Positions 63,401 to 64,000 of a stretch of DNA of 64,000 nt are shown in pieces (within the stretch, counting starts at the first letter, position 1; every line of letters begins with the position of its first letter). The stretch is from Oikopleura dioica. Taxonomy: Eukaryota; Animalia; Chordata. Below the pieces are notes generated by a model. The model saw only the letters and a list, made by a program, of their open reading frames with translations, was not told the origin of the DNA and searched no databases. A program made the position numbers and the translations under genes. Location: positions 3,162,001-3,226,000 of the forward strand of contig OU015568.1 of NCBI GenBank assembly GCA_907165135.1, in the 5' to 3' direction.

Positions 63401-64000
63401 AAGAGCTCTTGCCCCGGCGGCACAGGCATTCCTTCCTTGTCCCCGTTTTAGAAACGGACGCTTGGGCTTTGCATCTCCAGCTCGTCCAGTTGAAGATGTA
63501 CTGGATTCGATAAAATTTTCCTTGCCAACTGATCCTCCGACGGGCGTGTCGTCGAAGCTCTTTTGAATCGGCATATTCGAGATTCGCAAATTTTGATTTG
63601 GTCTAAATGGCTTATCATCTTCTTCTATTATTTCTGAGGGCTCGGAAAGCTGCTCGACGACGGAGTCATCGTCAAACTGATTAGTTCTTGAGTTGAGTCC
63701 GCTGAGAATGCTCCGCCGAACACTTGCTAGGTTCGAGCCACCGGAAGAAGAGCCGAAAGATTTCGCGAGACTAAATATAGCGTCAAATATATTTCATGCA
63801 TTGGTTAATTTTCTAGTCGTGCCTCGATGCGCATGACTGTTTTTGGCCGTATAAAAAGCGATTCTGGCTAATTTTTGAATGAATAAAATGAAACATAATA
63901 TTTTTCGCTAGAATAAAGCTTGCTTAATAAATAACCTGATAATAATAGATACTTAGCTGGGAGTATGCCTACCTGAGTGATGTATCAGAGAGCTCAGCAA
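60428..64000 (-). CDS. CENPJ: Centriole assembly protein CENPJ/CPAP/SAS-4 (5' end at or beyond window edge)
   Basis: KPKRPFLKRGQG (PN2-3 region), coiled coils, C-terminal TCP10/G-box repeats ending YATGRVRIKDDKGNIIVDR. Confidence 0.92.

Overview
Eukaryotic, AT-rich, very compact genomic DNA. The 30-100 nt introns and frequent non-canonical GA-AG, GG-AG and GC-AG introns point to the appendicularian tunicate Oikopleura, probably O. dioica; this is an inference. The ORF track misses most real genes because they are split by micro-introns, so I spliced them by hand and exon boundaries are my reading. Recognisable genes in order: 8xEGF + C-type lectin protein, class A GPCR, TRPM channel, candidate peptide precursor, Cys-rich/kelch protein, WSCD-type sulfotransferase, Cys-rich secreted protein, adenylate-forming acyl-CoA synthetase head-to-head with a GNAT, C-terminal RING protein, a cluster of small secreted proteins, lectin/PAN/mucin/TSP1 protein, FoxQ1, two tandem trypsin-like proteases, a claudin, AMPK beta and CENPJ/SAS-4 (5' end near or beyond the window edge). 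The first 8 kb lacks recognisable genes and holds MITEs, a GAGCT satellite and a structured GC-rich island. I found no autonomous transposon, rRNA, tRNA or true CRISPR array, and I cannot demonstrate a clear new system. The best leads are the ACS-GNAT pair, the unannotated secreted-peptide genes, a regular hairpin array, a hammerhead-like island, and FoxQ1 flanked by mucin-type genes.
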